Below are positions 7,677-16,368 of a stretch of 46,571 nt of DNA, in pieces. This stretch comes from Vulcanimicrobiota bacterium. GTDB lineage: Bacteria > Vulcanimicrobiota > Vulcanimicrobiia > Vulcanimicrobiales > Vulcanimicrobiaceae. The notes beneath the pieces were generated by a model that was not told the DNA's origin, did not search any database, and worked only from the letters and a program-made list of their open reading frames with translations. The stretch spans positions 1 through 46,571 of the forward strand of contig JABEUX010000022.1 of NCBI GenBank assembly GCA_013044185.1, written 5' to 3'. Made by a program: the position numbers and the translations under genes. The number at the start of each line of letters is the position of its first letter. Position 1 is the stretch's first letter.

Positions 7677-8803
7677 GCGCTATCGTCACGCGCCTCGGCC
7701 GCGACTCATCGTATCGCATTGCCTGGCCGCTGATCGCCGGCGCCATCGGCGCGAGCCTGCTCGGCGTCGTGTTGATTCGTTCCGCCGATCTCCACAATCC
7801 GCAAGCGGGTCCCGAGTATCTCAAGCAACTGCTCTATATTGCGGTCGGCGTTCCCGTTATGCTGCTCTGCGCGCGAATCGATTACCGCATGTGGCAACGC
7901 TTTGCGCCGGCGATCTACGCGCTCAATCTCGTCTTGCTCTTGGCGATCGTCGTTATCGGCCATCGCGCGCTCGGCGCGCAGCGATGGATCTCGCTCGGTC
8001 CGCTCGGCACCTTTCAACCATCGGAGTTCGCGAAGTTGTTTTTGGCGATCTCCGGTGCGGCGGTGCTCGCGCGCGGCGATTACGCACGCCTGCGCGATAT
8101 GTGGAAACCGTTACTCGTCTTTGCGATACCGGCGATCTTGGTCCTCAAGCAACCGGATTTCGGCACGTCGCTGGTGCTTTTGGCGATTCTGACGACGCAG
8201 TTGTTCTTCGGGCTGCCGCGCCTCGGCGGGTTCGCACTCTACTGTGCCGGCCTCTTCGTCGCCGGTGCGGTGACGGCGGGAACGAACCTCGTCCTCAAAC
8301 CATTTCAGAAGGCACGCTTGTTGGTCTTTCTCAATCCGAAGGCCGACCCGCAGGGTGCTGGCTACAATTTAAATCAAGCGAAGATAGCGGTCGGCAACGG
8401 CGAACTGTTCGGGCGCGGGCTCTTTCACGGGACGCAAACGCAACTCTCGTTCGTTCCCGAACATTCGCGAGATTTTATCTTCACCGTCCTCGCCGAAGAG
8501 CTCGGACTGGTCGGCGTGCTCGCGCTCTTCGCGCTCTACGGCGCGATTATTTACGGCGGCATCCGCGCGATGTACGGCGCTCAAGATCGTTTTGGATTAT
8601 TACTCGCCGCCGGAATAACGGCGATGCTGCTCTTTCACATTCTGGTGAATGTCGGCATGACGGTGGGCATCATGCCGATCACGGGCATTCCGCTGCCTTT
8701 TCTCTCCTACGGCGGTTCGGCGATGTTAACCAATTTTGCCGCGGTCGGCGTCCTCATGAATATCTACGCCCAGCGGGACCGCGGAGTTCTCGGAAACGCA
8801 TGA
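7673..8803 (+). CDS. rodA: SEDS-family peptidoglycan polymerase (RodA/FtsW/SpoVE), probably RodA given the min context
   Basis: Multi-pass membrane protein with SEDS motifs: QPSEFAKL, KQPDFGT, YNLNQAKIAVGNGELFGRG, PEHSRDFIF, and the C-terminal GIPLPFLSYGGSAML. The ATG at 7673 overlaps the upstream stop; the track's 7595 start lies inside the alkB-like gene. Confidence 0.85.
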   Translation: MSAIVTRLGRDSSYRIAWPLIAGAIGASLLGVVLIRSADLHNPQAGPEYLKQLLYIAVGVPVMLLCARIDYRMWQRFAPAIYALNLVLLLAIVVIGHRALGAQRWISLGPLGTFQPSEFAKLFLAISGAAVLARGDYARLRDMWKPLLVFAIPAILVLKQPDFGTSLVLLAILTTQLFFGLPRLGGFALYCAGLFVAGAVTAGTNLVLKPFQKARLLVFLNPKADPQGAGYNLNQAKIAVGNGELFGRGLFHGTQTQLSFVPEHSRDFIFTVLAEELGLVGVLALFALYGAIIYGGIRAMYGAQDRFGLLLAAGITAMLLFHILVNVGMTVGIMPITGIPLPFLSYGGSAMLTNFAAVGVLMNIYAQRDRGVLGNA

Positions 8804-9639
8804 GCGACGATTCGCGGGATCGCTGCATCGAAATCCACGATGCAACGCCGCTTGCAAAAATCCGCGAAGCACCCGACGGGACCATTTTTGCTGCCGCGCG
8901 CTATCCCGGAGGGGCGCTCCGCGACGCACTCGCCGAGCGCGCACAGCGGAAGGCGTTCGCGCTGCAGCTCTCGCACGGCGGCTGCGGGTTGCTAGAGGAC
9001 GCGCGCCTCTCCGCGTACGTGGAATCGCTCGCACTAAGCGGGGCAAATCTCGATCGCCTCGTACTGCCGCCGAAGCTGCGCGCCTTACGTTTGAGCGGAG
9101 GGAGCGGATCGCTGCACGCGCTGCTCGCGTTGCCGCTCGAGATTCTCGCGATCGATCGCGGCGCCTTCGATAGCGCGTCGCTCGTCGAGCACGCAACGCT
9201 CGCCGCGCTCTCGCTCGCAAATCTTCCCGCCGAGGCCGCGAGCGTCGGCCCGCGCCTCCGTGCGCTCCGCACGATCGGCGTTCCGTTGCGTACGCTAGAT
9301 ACGCTCCGCTCGGGTATCGCGCTCGTACGCTTCGAATGCGTTCGTTGCGACGCGCTCGAGTCGATCGAGGCTTTGGCGGCGCTGCCGGCTCTCCGCGAAC
9401 TCGGGCTCGAAGGGTGTTGGCGCCTCGATCTACACGCCACGATCGCGTTTCTTCAGCGACTCCCGCTCCGAGAGCTGCGTATCGATATCGGCGGGCGCAG
9501 AAAGAACGTCGAAGTCGATAAGCGTCTCAAGCTCGCTCGGCTCACTCCTTTTCCAACGCCGGAGTCGGTGCGCCATCTGCGTCAAGATGGATTGCGTCAC
9601 ATACTCGGTGCCGAAACCCTCGGGAATGATGCCGCATGA
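8800..9639 (+). CDS. Leucine-rich-repeat (RNI/cysteine-containing LRR-like) protein, cytoplasmic
   Basis: The 3' part of track ORF 7891..9639 has repeated LxxLxL units: LESLALSGANLDRLVL, LRALRLSG, LAALSLANL, LRALRTIG, LVRFECVRCDALESIEALAALPALRELGLEGCWRLDL, LRELRI. The ATG at 8800 overlaps the rodA stop (ATGA). No signal peptide. Confidence 0.6.
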   Translation: MSDDSRDRCIEIHDATPLAKIREAPDGTIFAAARYPGGALRDALAERAQRKAFALQLSHGGCGLLEDARLSAYVESLALSGANLDRLVLPPKLRALRLSGGSGSLHALLALPLEILAIDRGAFDSASLVEHATLAALSLANLPAEAASVGPRLRALRTIGVPLRTLDTLRSGIALVRFECVRCDALESIEALAALPALRELGLEGCWRLDLHATIAFLQRLPLRELRIDIGGRRKNVEVDKRLKLARLTPFPTPESVRHLRQDGLRHILGAETLGNDAA

Positions 9640-10523
9640 GCAAAGTCGACGTTATCGTCGTAACCTGGAACGACCGAAAGAATATTTCGCTCGCGCTAGA
9701 TTCCATACTCGCGCTTGGCGAAGTGAGAGAGAACGCGGACTTCGCTCGCATTATCGTTGCCGATAACGGCTCGGCCGACGGAACCGTAGAATATTTGAAC
9801 GAAACCTACGGCGACCGCATTCAAATTATTGAAAACGGCGAAAATCTCGGTTTTGGAGCCGGCGTAAACCGTGCCTTCGCGAAGTCGAACTCGCAGTACG
9901 TGTTTTTGCTGAATCCCGACGCAACCCTCGCCGACGGTGCGTTGCTCGAACTCGTACGGTTCATGGACGAGCATCCTCGCTGCGCCATAGCGGGTCCGAA
10001 AATTTTGGATGTCGCCGGGAATCTCGCGGAGTCTTGCGGCGAATTCGATTCTTGGGCGGGAGCCTACTTGCGCTCGAGCGCCTGGGGAAATTGGCCGATT
10101 TTCAAGCGATTCGCAAACGGTGCGAAACTCCGTTCGTGGGATTATAATTCCGAACGCAGAGTCGATTTAGTGATCGGTGCCGCGATGCTGCTGCGCCGGA
10201 GCGTATTCAACGAAATCGGCACCTTCGACGAACGATATTTTATGTACCACGAGGAAATCGATCTCGCCAAACGGGTCGCCGACTCCGGCTACGAATCCTG
10301 GTTCGTCCCGAGCGCGCTCGCAACGCACGTCGGGCAAGGCAGTTCCGGCGGCAAAAGTGTGGAGACGATAAAACGGCGCTCCCGCCGGCTCTACTGGCTC
10401 AAGCACCACGGGGCGTTCTGGTACTACTCGCTCAGTGCGGCATTAGTCGGGCGCTACGTGCTCTATTTAGCGCTCCTCTGGGCGCTGCTCTCCCTCCTGC
10501 TGCATCGATGGAATCCCCTCTGA
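9636..10523 (+). CDS. Family 2 glycosyltransferase with a C-terminal membrane anchor
   Basis: VDVIVVTWND...ADNGSADGT...FGAGVN...LLNPDA (DxD-type region)...GAAMLLRR..F..IG.FDE.YFMYHEEIDL is the typical GT2 (rhamnosyltransferase-like) layout. Hydrophobic tail FWYYSLSAALVGRYVLYLALLWALLSLLL. ATGA overlap with the LRR gene. Confidence 0.85.
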   Translation: MSKVDVIVVTWNDRKNISLALDSILALGEVRENADFARIIVADNGSADGTVEYLNETYGDRIQIIENGENLGFGAGVNRAFAKSNSQYVFLLNPDATLADGALLELVRFMDEHPRCAIAGPKILDVAGNLAESCGEFDSWAGAYLRSSAWGNWPIFKRFANGAKLRSWDYNSERRVDLVIGAAMLLRRSVFNEIGTFDERYFMYHEEIDLAKRVADSGYESWFVPSALATHVGQGSSGGKSVETIKRRSRRLYWLKHHGAFWYYSLSAALVGRYVLYLALLWALLSLLLHRWNPL

Positions 10524-10805
10524 GGGAGAGCGGCGTTTCTATTGGAGGCGATGCAGGAATCCTTCCGCGGTTCCTTCTCGTGAAGAAGGTGCGTGGCGTC
10601 GGCAGCGTGAAGAGTGCCCCGTAGCCGACGAAGCGAGTCGCAGTTTTGCGATCCGCCACCGAGCGAAAAGTATTTTACGCGCGTCGCGCGCATGGCCCGT
10701 TACAGGCGAGCTCGCCGAAGTCGCGATCCCGGGTAGCACCCGCAGGGTCGCGCGTTTGAGCGGTAGTCGGACGGCCGGGGCGCCCGCCAGAAGGACAATA
10801 TATAC

Positions 10806-13556
10806 GTGCGCAACGAGATTCTGATCTCGAGCGACCCGTGGGAAAACCGGGTTGCTATTATGGAGGACGGCGAGCTCGCCGAACTCTACATCGAGCGTGA
10901 AGAGAAAGTTATCGGCTCGATTTACAAGGGCAAGGTTCACAACGTGCTCCCCGGTATGGGCGCGGCGTTTGTCGATATCGGCCTCGGCCGCAATGCCTTT
11001 CTTTACGTGGACGATATCAACAAACAGCCGCTGAACATCGGCGACGTTGAAATCACGCAAGGGCACAGCGGGTTCACCATTGGCGAAAAAGTAAAACGCA
11101 ACGACGAAATTCTCGTGCAGATCGTCAAAGAACCGCGCGGCCTCAAAGGCGCGCGCATTAGCACGAACATCTCGTTGCCGGGCCGCTATCTCATTTTAAT
11201 GCCGACCGGAAAGTATTCGGGCGTATCGCGCAAAATCGAATCTGCAAGCGAACGCGAGCGCTTGAAGAAAGTCATGCAACGCATTCGGCCCGAAGGCATG
11301 GCGACGGTCGTGCGTACGGCAGCGACCGGCGTAAGCGATGCAGAGTTGATGGCCGATCTCGGCGTGCTCATTCGCATGTGGCACGGCATTCTCGAAGTGT
11401 TCAAGCGCGCGCAAGCGCCTTCGCTTCTGCATAAAGATATGAACCTCGTGTTCAAAGCGGCGCGCGATTTCGTTACCGCCGATGTCGAGAAAGTCTATAT
11501 CGACAACGAGGAAGAGCACCGCAAAGTGCGCGAGTTCTTACAGTTGCTCGGGCCGCAATACCTCGACCGCATCGAACACTATAACGGCGGCCGTTCGCTC
11601 TTCCACGATTACGGAATCGATCTCGAAATCGAACGGCTGATGAATCCGAAGATCAATCTGCCGTCGGGCGGTTCGATCGTCATCGAAACGACCGAAGCCT
11701 TAACGGTTATCGACGTTAACTCCGGGAAGTTCACCGGAGGAAAGAATCTCGAAGATACGATCGGGAAAACCAATGTGGAAGCCGCGGCCGAGATCGCGCG
11801 CCAGGTTCGTTTGCGCGATATCGGCGGCATTATCGTCGTCGATTTCATCGACATGGGTTCTGAATCGGCGCGCAATAAGGTGTTGAAAACGCTCGAAGAC
11901 GGTTTGCGCCGCGACCGTACCCGTGCGACCATTCAGTCGTTCTCCAATCTCGGATTGCTCGAATTTACGCGCAAGCGCGTCGGCAAAGATCTTGCCGGCC
12001 AATTACGCGGAACCTGCCCGACCTGTGCCGGCCTTGGAACGGTGATGTCGCCGCAGTCGATCGCTATCGAAGCGCTTCGCCACCTGCGCGCGCACGCCGT
12101 CGACGACCGGCATCGCCACGCAGTTATCGAAGCTGCGCCGAGCGTCGCCGCTCAACTGGAGTTCTGGTACGAAGATGAGTGCGCGCAACTCGCGAAGGAT
12201 CTCGGCATTACGGTGCACGTTCGTGCGAGTGCGGCGATTCATCCCGAACGCACGCGCACCGATTTCCGCGCGGCAGCACCCGCCGGCGACGGCCGCCTCC
12301 GCGTCGGCGATGAAGTCGAAGTACAGTTGCTTCCCGGGCGCTTGCCGAACGCAACCTCCGCAGCGGCGCTCGTCGGCGATCGTATCGTCGAAGTGGAAAA
12401 CGCAGCGAACCATTCTGGGAATGCAGCGAAGATTCGCATTCTCGATATCGACGACGCGGACGATTACGTGGTTGCCGATCTTCTCTCTGCCGGGGCGGCC
12501 GCCGTCGCCGACGAGAGCGGAAAGCGACGCCGTGCCGGTGCCGGACGTGCGAAGAAACGCCGTGGCCCGCTGACCGCCGCCGAACAGACCGCCCAGCTCA
12601 AGGAGCTCGCCGCCGAAGCGGCCTCGAATGCGCAGGCGCGCCCGCCGATCGGCATTACGACGATCACCGAAGAAGAGGAAGCCGCCGATACGGCGCTCGC
12701 TGCGGAGGTGAAGGGCGAGCAGAGCGCGGCGGCAATCGTGATCGCTGAGGACGGAGCGATCGCGGCCGGGGTGCCGGAGTCTCACGAAAAGCGTCGCCGC
12801 CGCCGCCGCGGGCGTCGCGGCCGTGGGCGTGCATCGGGGGCGACCGATAGTATCCAGCTGCAGGCAACGCCGATCGCCGGATCGGCTCAAGCCGTCGTCG
12901 AGGATGAGGACGATGAGGAGCTGCAGCCCGAGAGTATTCCCCCGATCGGCGGAGTGGGAACCCTGCCTGGCGCTGCGGGAGGCGAAGGGAGCCGCCGCCG
13001 TCGTCGTCGCCGTGGGCGCCGCGGCCGCGGTGGCGTGGCTACCCCTCCGTCCGGTGCGGGATCTCCGGTTCCCGATCGTTCGCTCTTCCGCGTTGGAAGC
13101 GACGGCGCCGCTCAGCCGACGGGACGTATCGTTCCCCCCGAGCCCTCGCGTGCGATCGCGCGCTACTCGGCCCCGACCCCTCCGGCGGTAGAGCCGCCGC
13201 CGCCGCATCTGCGCGCTCCGCAGGAGGAGCCGCAGCCGACCAAACCTGCGCGCGTACGTCGCCCGCGGGCGAGCGCGGTGACCGCAGAGATTCCGACGGT
13301 TCGGCGCGCCGCGCTGCCGGCGCCGGTTCCGACGGAAAAACCGGCGGCAAAGCGCACCGCAGCGAAGAAGGCGACGGCACCGAAAGCCGCAGCCGTCAAA
13401 AAGAGCGCGACCGGCGTGAAGAAAACCCCCGTGAAAAAGGCGGCGAGCACCGCCAAGAAAGCTCCGGCGAAAAAGGCCGGAGCGAAGAAAAGCCCCGCTG
13501 CAAGCGGGGCCAAGAAGAAGACGAGCGCTTCGGCAGGGCGCAAGAAGAGCTCGTAG
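10806..13556 (+). CDS. rne: Ribonuclease E/G family endoribonuclease with a long disordered Arg-rich and Lys/Ala-rich C-terminal region
   Basis: S1 domain GSIYKGKVHNVLPGMGAAFVDIGLGRNAFL. Catalytic-core motifs TEALTVIDVNSG and GIIVVDFIDM. Zn-link CPTCAGLG. The C-terminal ~360 aa are low complexity. GTG start. Confidence 0.9.
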   Translation: MRNEILISSDPWENRVAIMEDGELAELYIEREEKVIGSIYKGKVHNVLPGMGAAFVDIGLGRNAFLYVDDINKQPLNIGDVEITQGHSGFTIGEKVKRNDEILVQIVKEPRGLKGARISTNISLPGRYLILMPTGKYSGVSRKIESASERERLKKVMQRIRPEGMATVVRTAATGVSDAELMADLGVLIRMWHGILEVFKRAQAPSLLHKDMNLVFKAARDFVTADVEKVYIDNEEEHRKVREFLQLLGPQYLDRIEHYNGGRSLFHDYGIDLEIERLMNPKINLPSGGSIVIETTEALTVIDVNSGKFTGGKNLEDTIGKTNVEAAAEIARQVRLRDIGGIIVVDFIDMGSESARNKVLKTLEDGLRRDRTRATIQSFSNLGLLEFTRKRVGKDLAGQLRGTCPTCAGLGTVMSPQSIAIEALRHLRAHAVDDRHRHAVIEAAPSVAAQLEFWYEDECAQLAKDLGITVHVRASAAIHPERTRTDFRAAAPAGDGRLRVGDEVEVQLLPGRLPNATSAAALVGDRIVEVENAANHSGNAAKIRILDIDDADDYVVADLLSAGAAAVADESGKRRRAGAGRAKKRRGPLTAAEQTAQLKELAAEAASNAQARPPIGITTITEEEEAADTALAAEVKGEQSAAAIVIAEDGAIAAGVPESHEKRRRRRRGRRGRGRASGATDSIQLQATPIAGSAQAVVEDEDDEELQPESIPPIGGVGTLPGAAGGEGSRRRRRRRGRRGRGGVATPPSGAGSPVPDRSLFRVGSDGAAQPTGRIVPPEPSRAIARYSAPTPPAVEPPPPHLRAPQEEPQPTKPARVRRPRASAVTAEIPTVRRAALPAPVPTEKPAAKRTAAKKATAPKAAAVKKSATGVKKTPVKKAASTAKKAPAKKAGAKKSPAASGAKKKTSASAGRKKSS

Positions 13557-13572
13557 CGCTCCCACGGGAGAG

Positions 13573-14943
13573 CTAGAGCTTCGTCGTTACCCCTGAGTTC
13601 TGGGCGGTGATTTCACCGTCCAGAACTTTTATTGCGCGTTGCAGTTGTGCGTCGTGCGCCGGGCGCCCGTATTGGGCGTTCTTATTCTCTGCCATAACGA
13701 TATTGGGAATGATACCCTTGTGGTTGATGTAGTGGTACTCCGGCGTTAGATAACGCGCGGTGGTAATCTTCACCGCTCCGCCGTCGCGCAGCGGGAAGAG
13801 CGTCTGCACGACGCCTTTTCCGAAGGTCTTGGTTCCAATCACCACCGCAGTGCCGCTCTCCTTGAGCGCCGCGGTCGTGATCTCCGAGGCGGATGCCGTG
13901 TAACCATTCACCAAGACGACCAACGGTACCGGTGCGATCGCGGTCCCGTCGGCTTCGAGCGTGTCGATATGCTTGCCGCTGGTTTCGATAGAAACGATCG
14001 GCCCTTCGGCGATGAATTTCGAACTTACCGAAACGGCCGCCTGAAGATAGCCGCCGCCGTTATTGCGCAAATCGAGAACGAACGCGCGCGCTCCCTCTTT
14101 GTGAAGGCGCGAGAGCGCCGTCTTTAATTCGGCTCCGGTGGTTTCACCGAAAACCGTCAACGCGACGTAGCCGATTTTTCCGGGCAGCATCTTATCGAAA
14201 ACGGTAATCTGGTGGATTTTTGCGCGCGTTAGAACGATTGGTTTTGGCAACGGCGCGCCGTTGCGCTCGACGGTCAACGTTACTTGCGTGCCGATCTTGC
14301 CGCGCAGTTCCTTACTCGCTTCGACGGTCGTGATTCCATGCGTCGATTTTCCGTTAACGGCGGTAATAAGATCGTCTTGTTGGATACCCGCTCTGTCGGC
14401 AGGGCCACCGGGAACGACTTGGTAGACCGAAATGAACTTCGTCTTGTTATCGGGTTGAATGACGATACCCGTGCCGCCGAAATTCGTTCCGTCGAGCCCA
14501 TTATTGAGCGCTTTGTAATCCTTAGGATCGAGAAAAACCGTCCAACGGTCGTGAGCCGAGTACATCATTCCCCAGAGCGCGGCGAAAACGTATGGCTGCA
14601 GGGGACGATGCTTCCCGCCGAGCATGCGCGCCCGTGCGATTTCGTATTCGATTGCGTGAAGGTTCCCGGTCGTACTGCCCGTCGCTAAGAGCGGCGGTAG
14701 CGAGCGTTTCGCGACGTGTTCGTGCGCGAGTTCGAGCACGAGCCCGTACCGCACGCCGTTGAGCACGCGCTGCAGTGGAAGCTTCTTGTAGAAGGTCGTC
14801 GTTAGCCGCGTGTACGCCGTCGTAAGGTCGGCGCGGTCGCCGGCCGGGAGACCGGCGGTCGCGGCACCGGCGACGCGGAGGAGTGGTGAGGTGAGCGCGG
14901 CGATCGTAAGAGCGGCGACCGCGGTAAGGATCCGTCGTTTCAT
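13573..14943 (-). CDS. S41-family C-terminal processing peptidase (Ctp) with PDZ domain, secreted
   Basis: Signal peptide MKRRILTAVAALTIAALTSPLLRVAGA. PDZ segment GGPADRAGIQQDDLITAVNGKS. DLRNNGGG. Catalytic Ser/Lys context NGYTASASEI...TFGKGVVQ. Confidence 0.9.
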   Translation of the reverse strand: MKRRILTAVAALTIAALTSPLLRVAGAATAGLPAGDRADLTTAYTRLTTTFYKKLPLQRVLNGVRYGLVLELAHEHVAKRSLPPLLATGSTTGNLHAIEYEIARARMLGGKHRPLQPYVFAALWGMMYSAHDRWTVFLDPKDYKALNNGLDGTNFGGTGIVIQPDNKTKFISVYQVVPGGPADRAGIQQDDLITAVNGKSTHGITTVEASKELRGKIGTQVTLTVERNGAPLPKPIVLTRAKIHQITVFDKMLPGKIGYVALTVFGETTGAELKTALSRLHKEGARAFVLDLRNNGGGYLQAAVSVSSKFIAEGPIVSIETSGKHIDTLEADGTAIAPVPLVVLVNGYTASASEITTAALKESGTAVVIGTKTFGKGVVQTLFPLRDGGAVKITTARYLTPEYHYINHKGIIPNIVMAENKNAQYGRPAHDAQLQRAIKVLDGEITAQNSGVTTKL

Positions 14944-16328
14944 CGCTTCGTAGAACGCGTCAGCGCCTTCAAACGTGCCAGCGCCGCCGTCAATTGTTTG
15001 TCTTGTGGGCTGCCGAAGGGGATATCGAGTGGCTGATTCACCACGATGTCGGGCTGGAGCCCCTTGTGGTTGATGTCCCGATTCAAGGGGGTAACGTAGC
15101 GGGCCACGGTGATTTTCAAGGCGCCTCCCTGCGGAAGTAGATAGATTTGCTGAACCACGCCCTTACCGTAGGTTCGCGTTCCGATCGCGGTCGCGAGGTG
15201 GTAATCCTGAAGGGCGCCGGTGGTGATCTCTGCGGCGCTCGCGGTGAACTTATTGACGAGCACGACGAGCGGCGTGAGGCCGCCGATCGCATCGCCGGTC
15301 GCTTCGCTCTCCACCTTGGTGCCGTTGCGGTCGATCGTCGAAACGATAGGGCCGCTCGCAACGAAATTACTGACGATTTTCACAGCCTGCTCGACGAGTC
15401 CGCCGCCGTTATCGCGAAGGTCGAGAATGTACCCCTTCACGTGCTTGGCTTTAAGCGCGAGCAGCGCCTTCCGCATTTCGTGTGCCGAGTTCGCACCGAA
15501 TTCGCTGAGGTGAATGTAACCGAAACCGTCGATCGTTTGCGAATAGACCGTCGGTACGATGACGATATTTCGAACGATTGAGAGTTCGTGTTTCTGCGTC
15601 GGCTTATTAAAGGGAGCGACTTGCAGGCGCACGGTGCTGCCTTTCGGGCCGCGAATCCAGCGCTGCACGATATCGGTCGCAACGTGCGCGACCGATTTCC
15701 CATCGACCGACGAAAGAATCGCGGGATAGGTGAGCCCCGCCTTCGACGCGGCGAGCCCCGGAAGAGGTTGCAGCAAAATTCGGCCATCGCGAAGTTGGAA
15801 AATATAGACGCCGATACCGCCGAAATCGCCACCGGAGAGGCTCTCGTCGAGTTGCTTCCATTGGCGCGGCGGTAGGTAGACGGTATACGGGTCGTGCGGG
15901 GCGGCGAGGATGCCTCCCAACGCTGCGTCGACTAACGCACGCTGCGTCGCCTTTTTCAAGTGCGGTGCGTCGAACCGAAACGCGGCGTCGAGCGCATCGG
16001 CGAGATGCTCGCCGTCGAGCACCGGGTCGCCGGTCGGTGCGAGCGATATCGGCGCGGGCTTTGCGATACCGTGTGCGTGCAAGTAGGCGGTCGCACCCTT
16101 TTCTCCGCCGAGTAAGAGCGTTGCGGCCGTAATCGGTTCGTAATAATTCTTTTCGACGTCGCCGAAGCCGGTCGCAAGCGTCTGCGCGCCGGGAAGCGCG
16201 GCGAGCCGCTGAGCTTCCCGGGCGGAGCGCAGGCGCGCGAGCCCGACCCACGCCACCGCGACGATGGCGATGGCGGCGATGAGGATGACGAGAAAGCGAT
16301 TGGAGCGGGGTGTTTGCGCGTCGTTCAA
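14940..16328 (-). CDS. S41-family C-terminal processing peptidase (second, tandem paralogue)
   Basis: N-terminal membrane anchor FLVILIAAIAIVAVAWVGLA. PDZ segment GLAASKAGLTYPAILSSVDGKS. DLRDNGGG. NKFTASAAEI...TYGKGVVQ. 4-nt overlap with the downstream paralogue. Confidence 0.9.
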   Translation of the reverse strand: MNDAQTPRSNRFLVILIAAIAIVAVAWVGLARLRSAREAQRLAALPGAQTLATGFGDVEKNYYEPITAATLLLGGEKGATAYLHAHGIAKPAPISLAPTGDPVLDGEHLADALDAAFRFDAPHLKKATQRALVDAALGGILAAPHDPYTVYLPPRQWKQLDESLSGGDFGGIGVYIFQLRDGRILLQPLPGLAASKAGLTYPAILSSVDGKSVAHVATDIVQRWIRGPKGSTVRLQVAPFNKPTQKHELSIVRNIVIVPTVYSQTIDGFGYIHLSEFGANSAHEMRKALLALKAKHVKGYILDLRDNGGGLVEQAVKIVSNFVASGPIVSTIDRNGTKVESEATGDAIGGLTPLVVLVNKFTASAAEITTGALQDYHLATAIGTRTYGKGVVQQIYLLPQGGALKITVARYVTPLNRDINHKGLQPDIVVNQPLDIPFGSPQDKQLTAALARLKALTRSTKR

Positions 16329-16368
16329 GCGGGAATCTCAGTTTCTGCAGTTGGAGGGAAGAAAGGCC

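Noticed and set aside
7891-8799. The 5' 300 codons of track ORF 7891..9639, which would give a 582-aa protein.
   Set aside because: This part overlaps rodA in another frame and translates to Arg-rich nonsense. The LRR gene starts at the ATG at 8800, which overlaps the rodA stop.
12003-13565. A 520-aa minus-strand ORF opposite the RNase E tail.
   Set aside because: It is the antisense shadow of a GC-rich, repeat-rich coding region. The translation is Arg/Gly/Ala junk, and the plus-strand gene is continuous with a well-supported catalytic domain.
13557-13572. The 16-nt gap between the convergent rne and ctp genes, with a small CTCC-CACG-GGAG stem. Considered as a bidirectional terminator.
   Set aside because: The stem is only 4 bp and there is no U-tract. 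That is insufficient.
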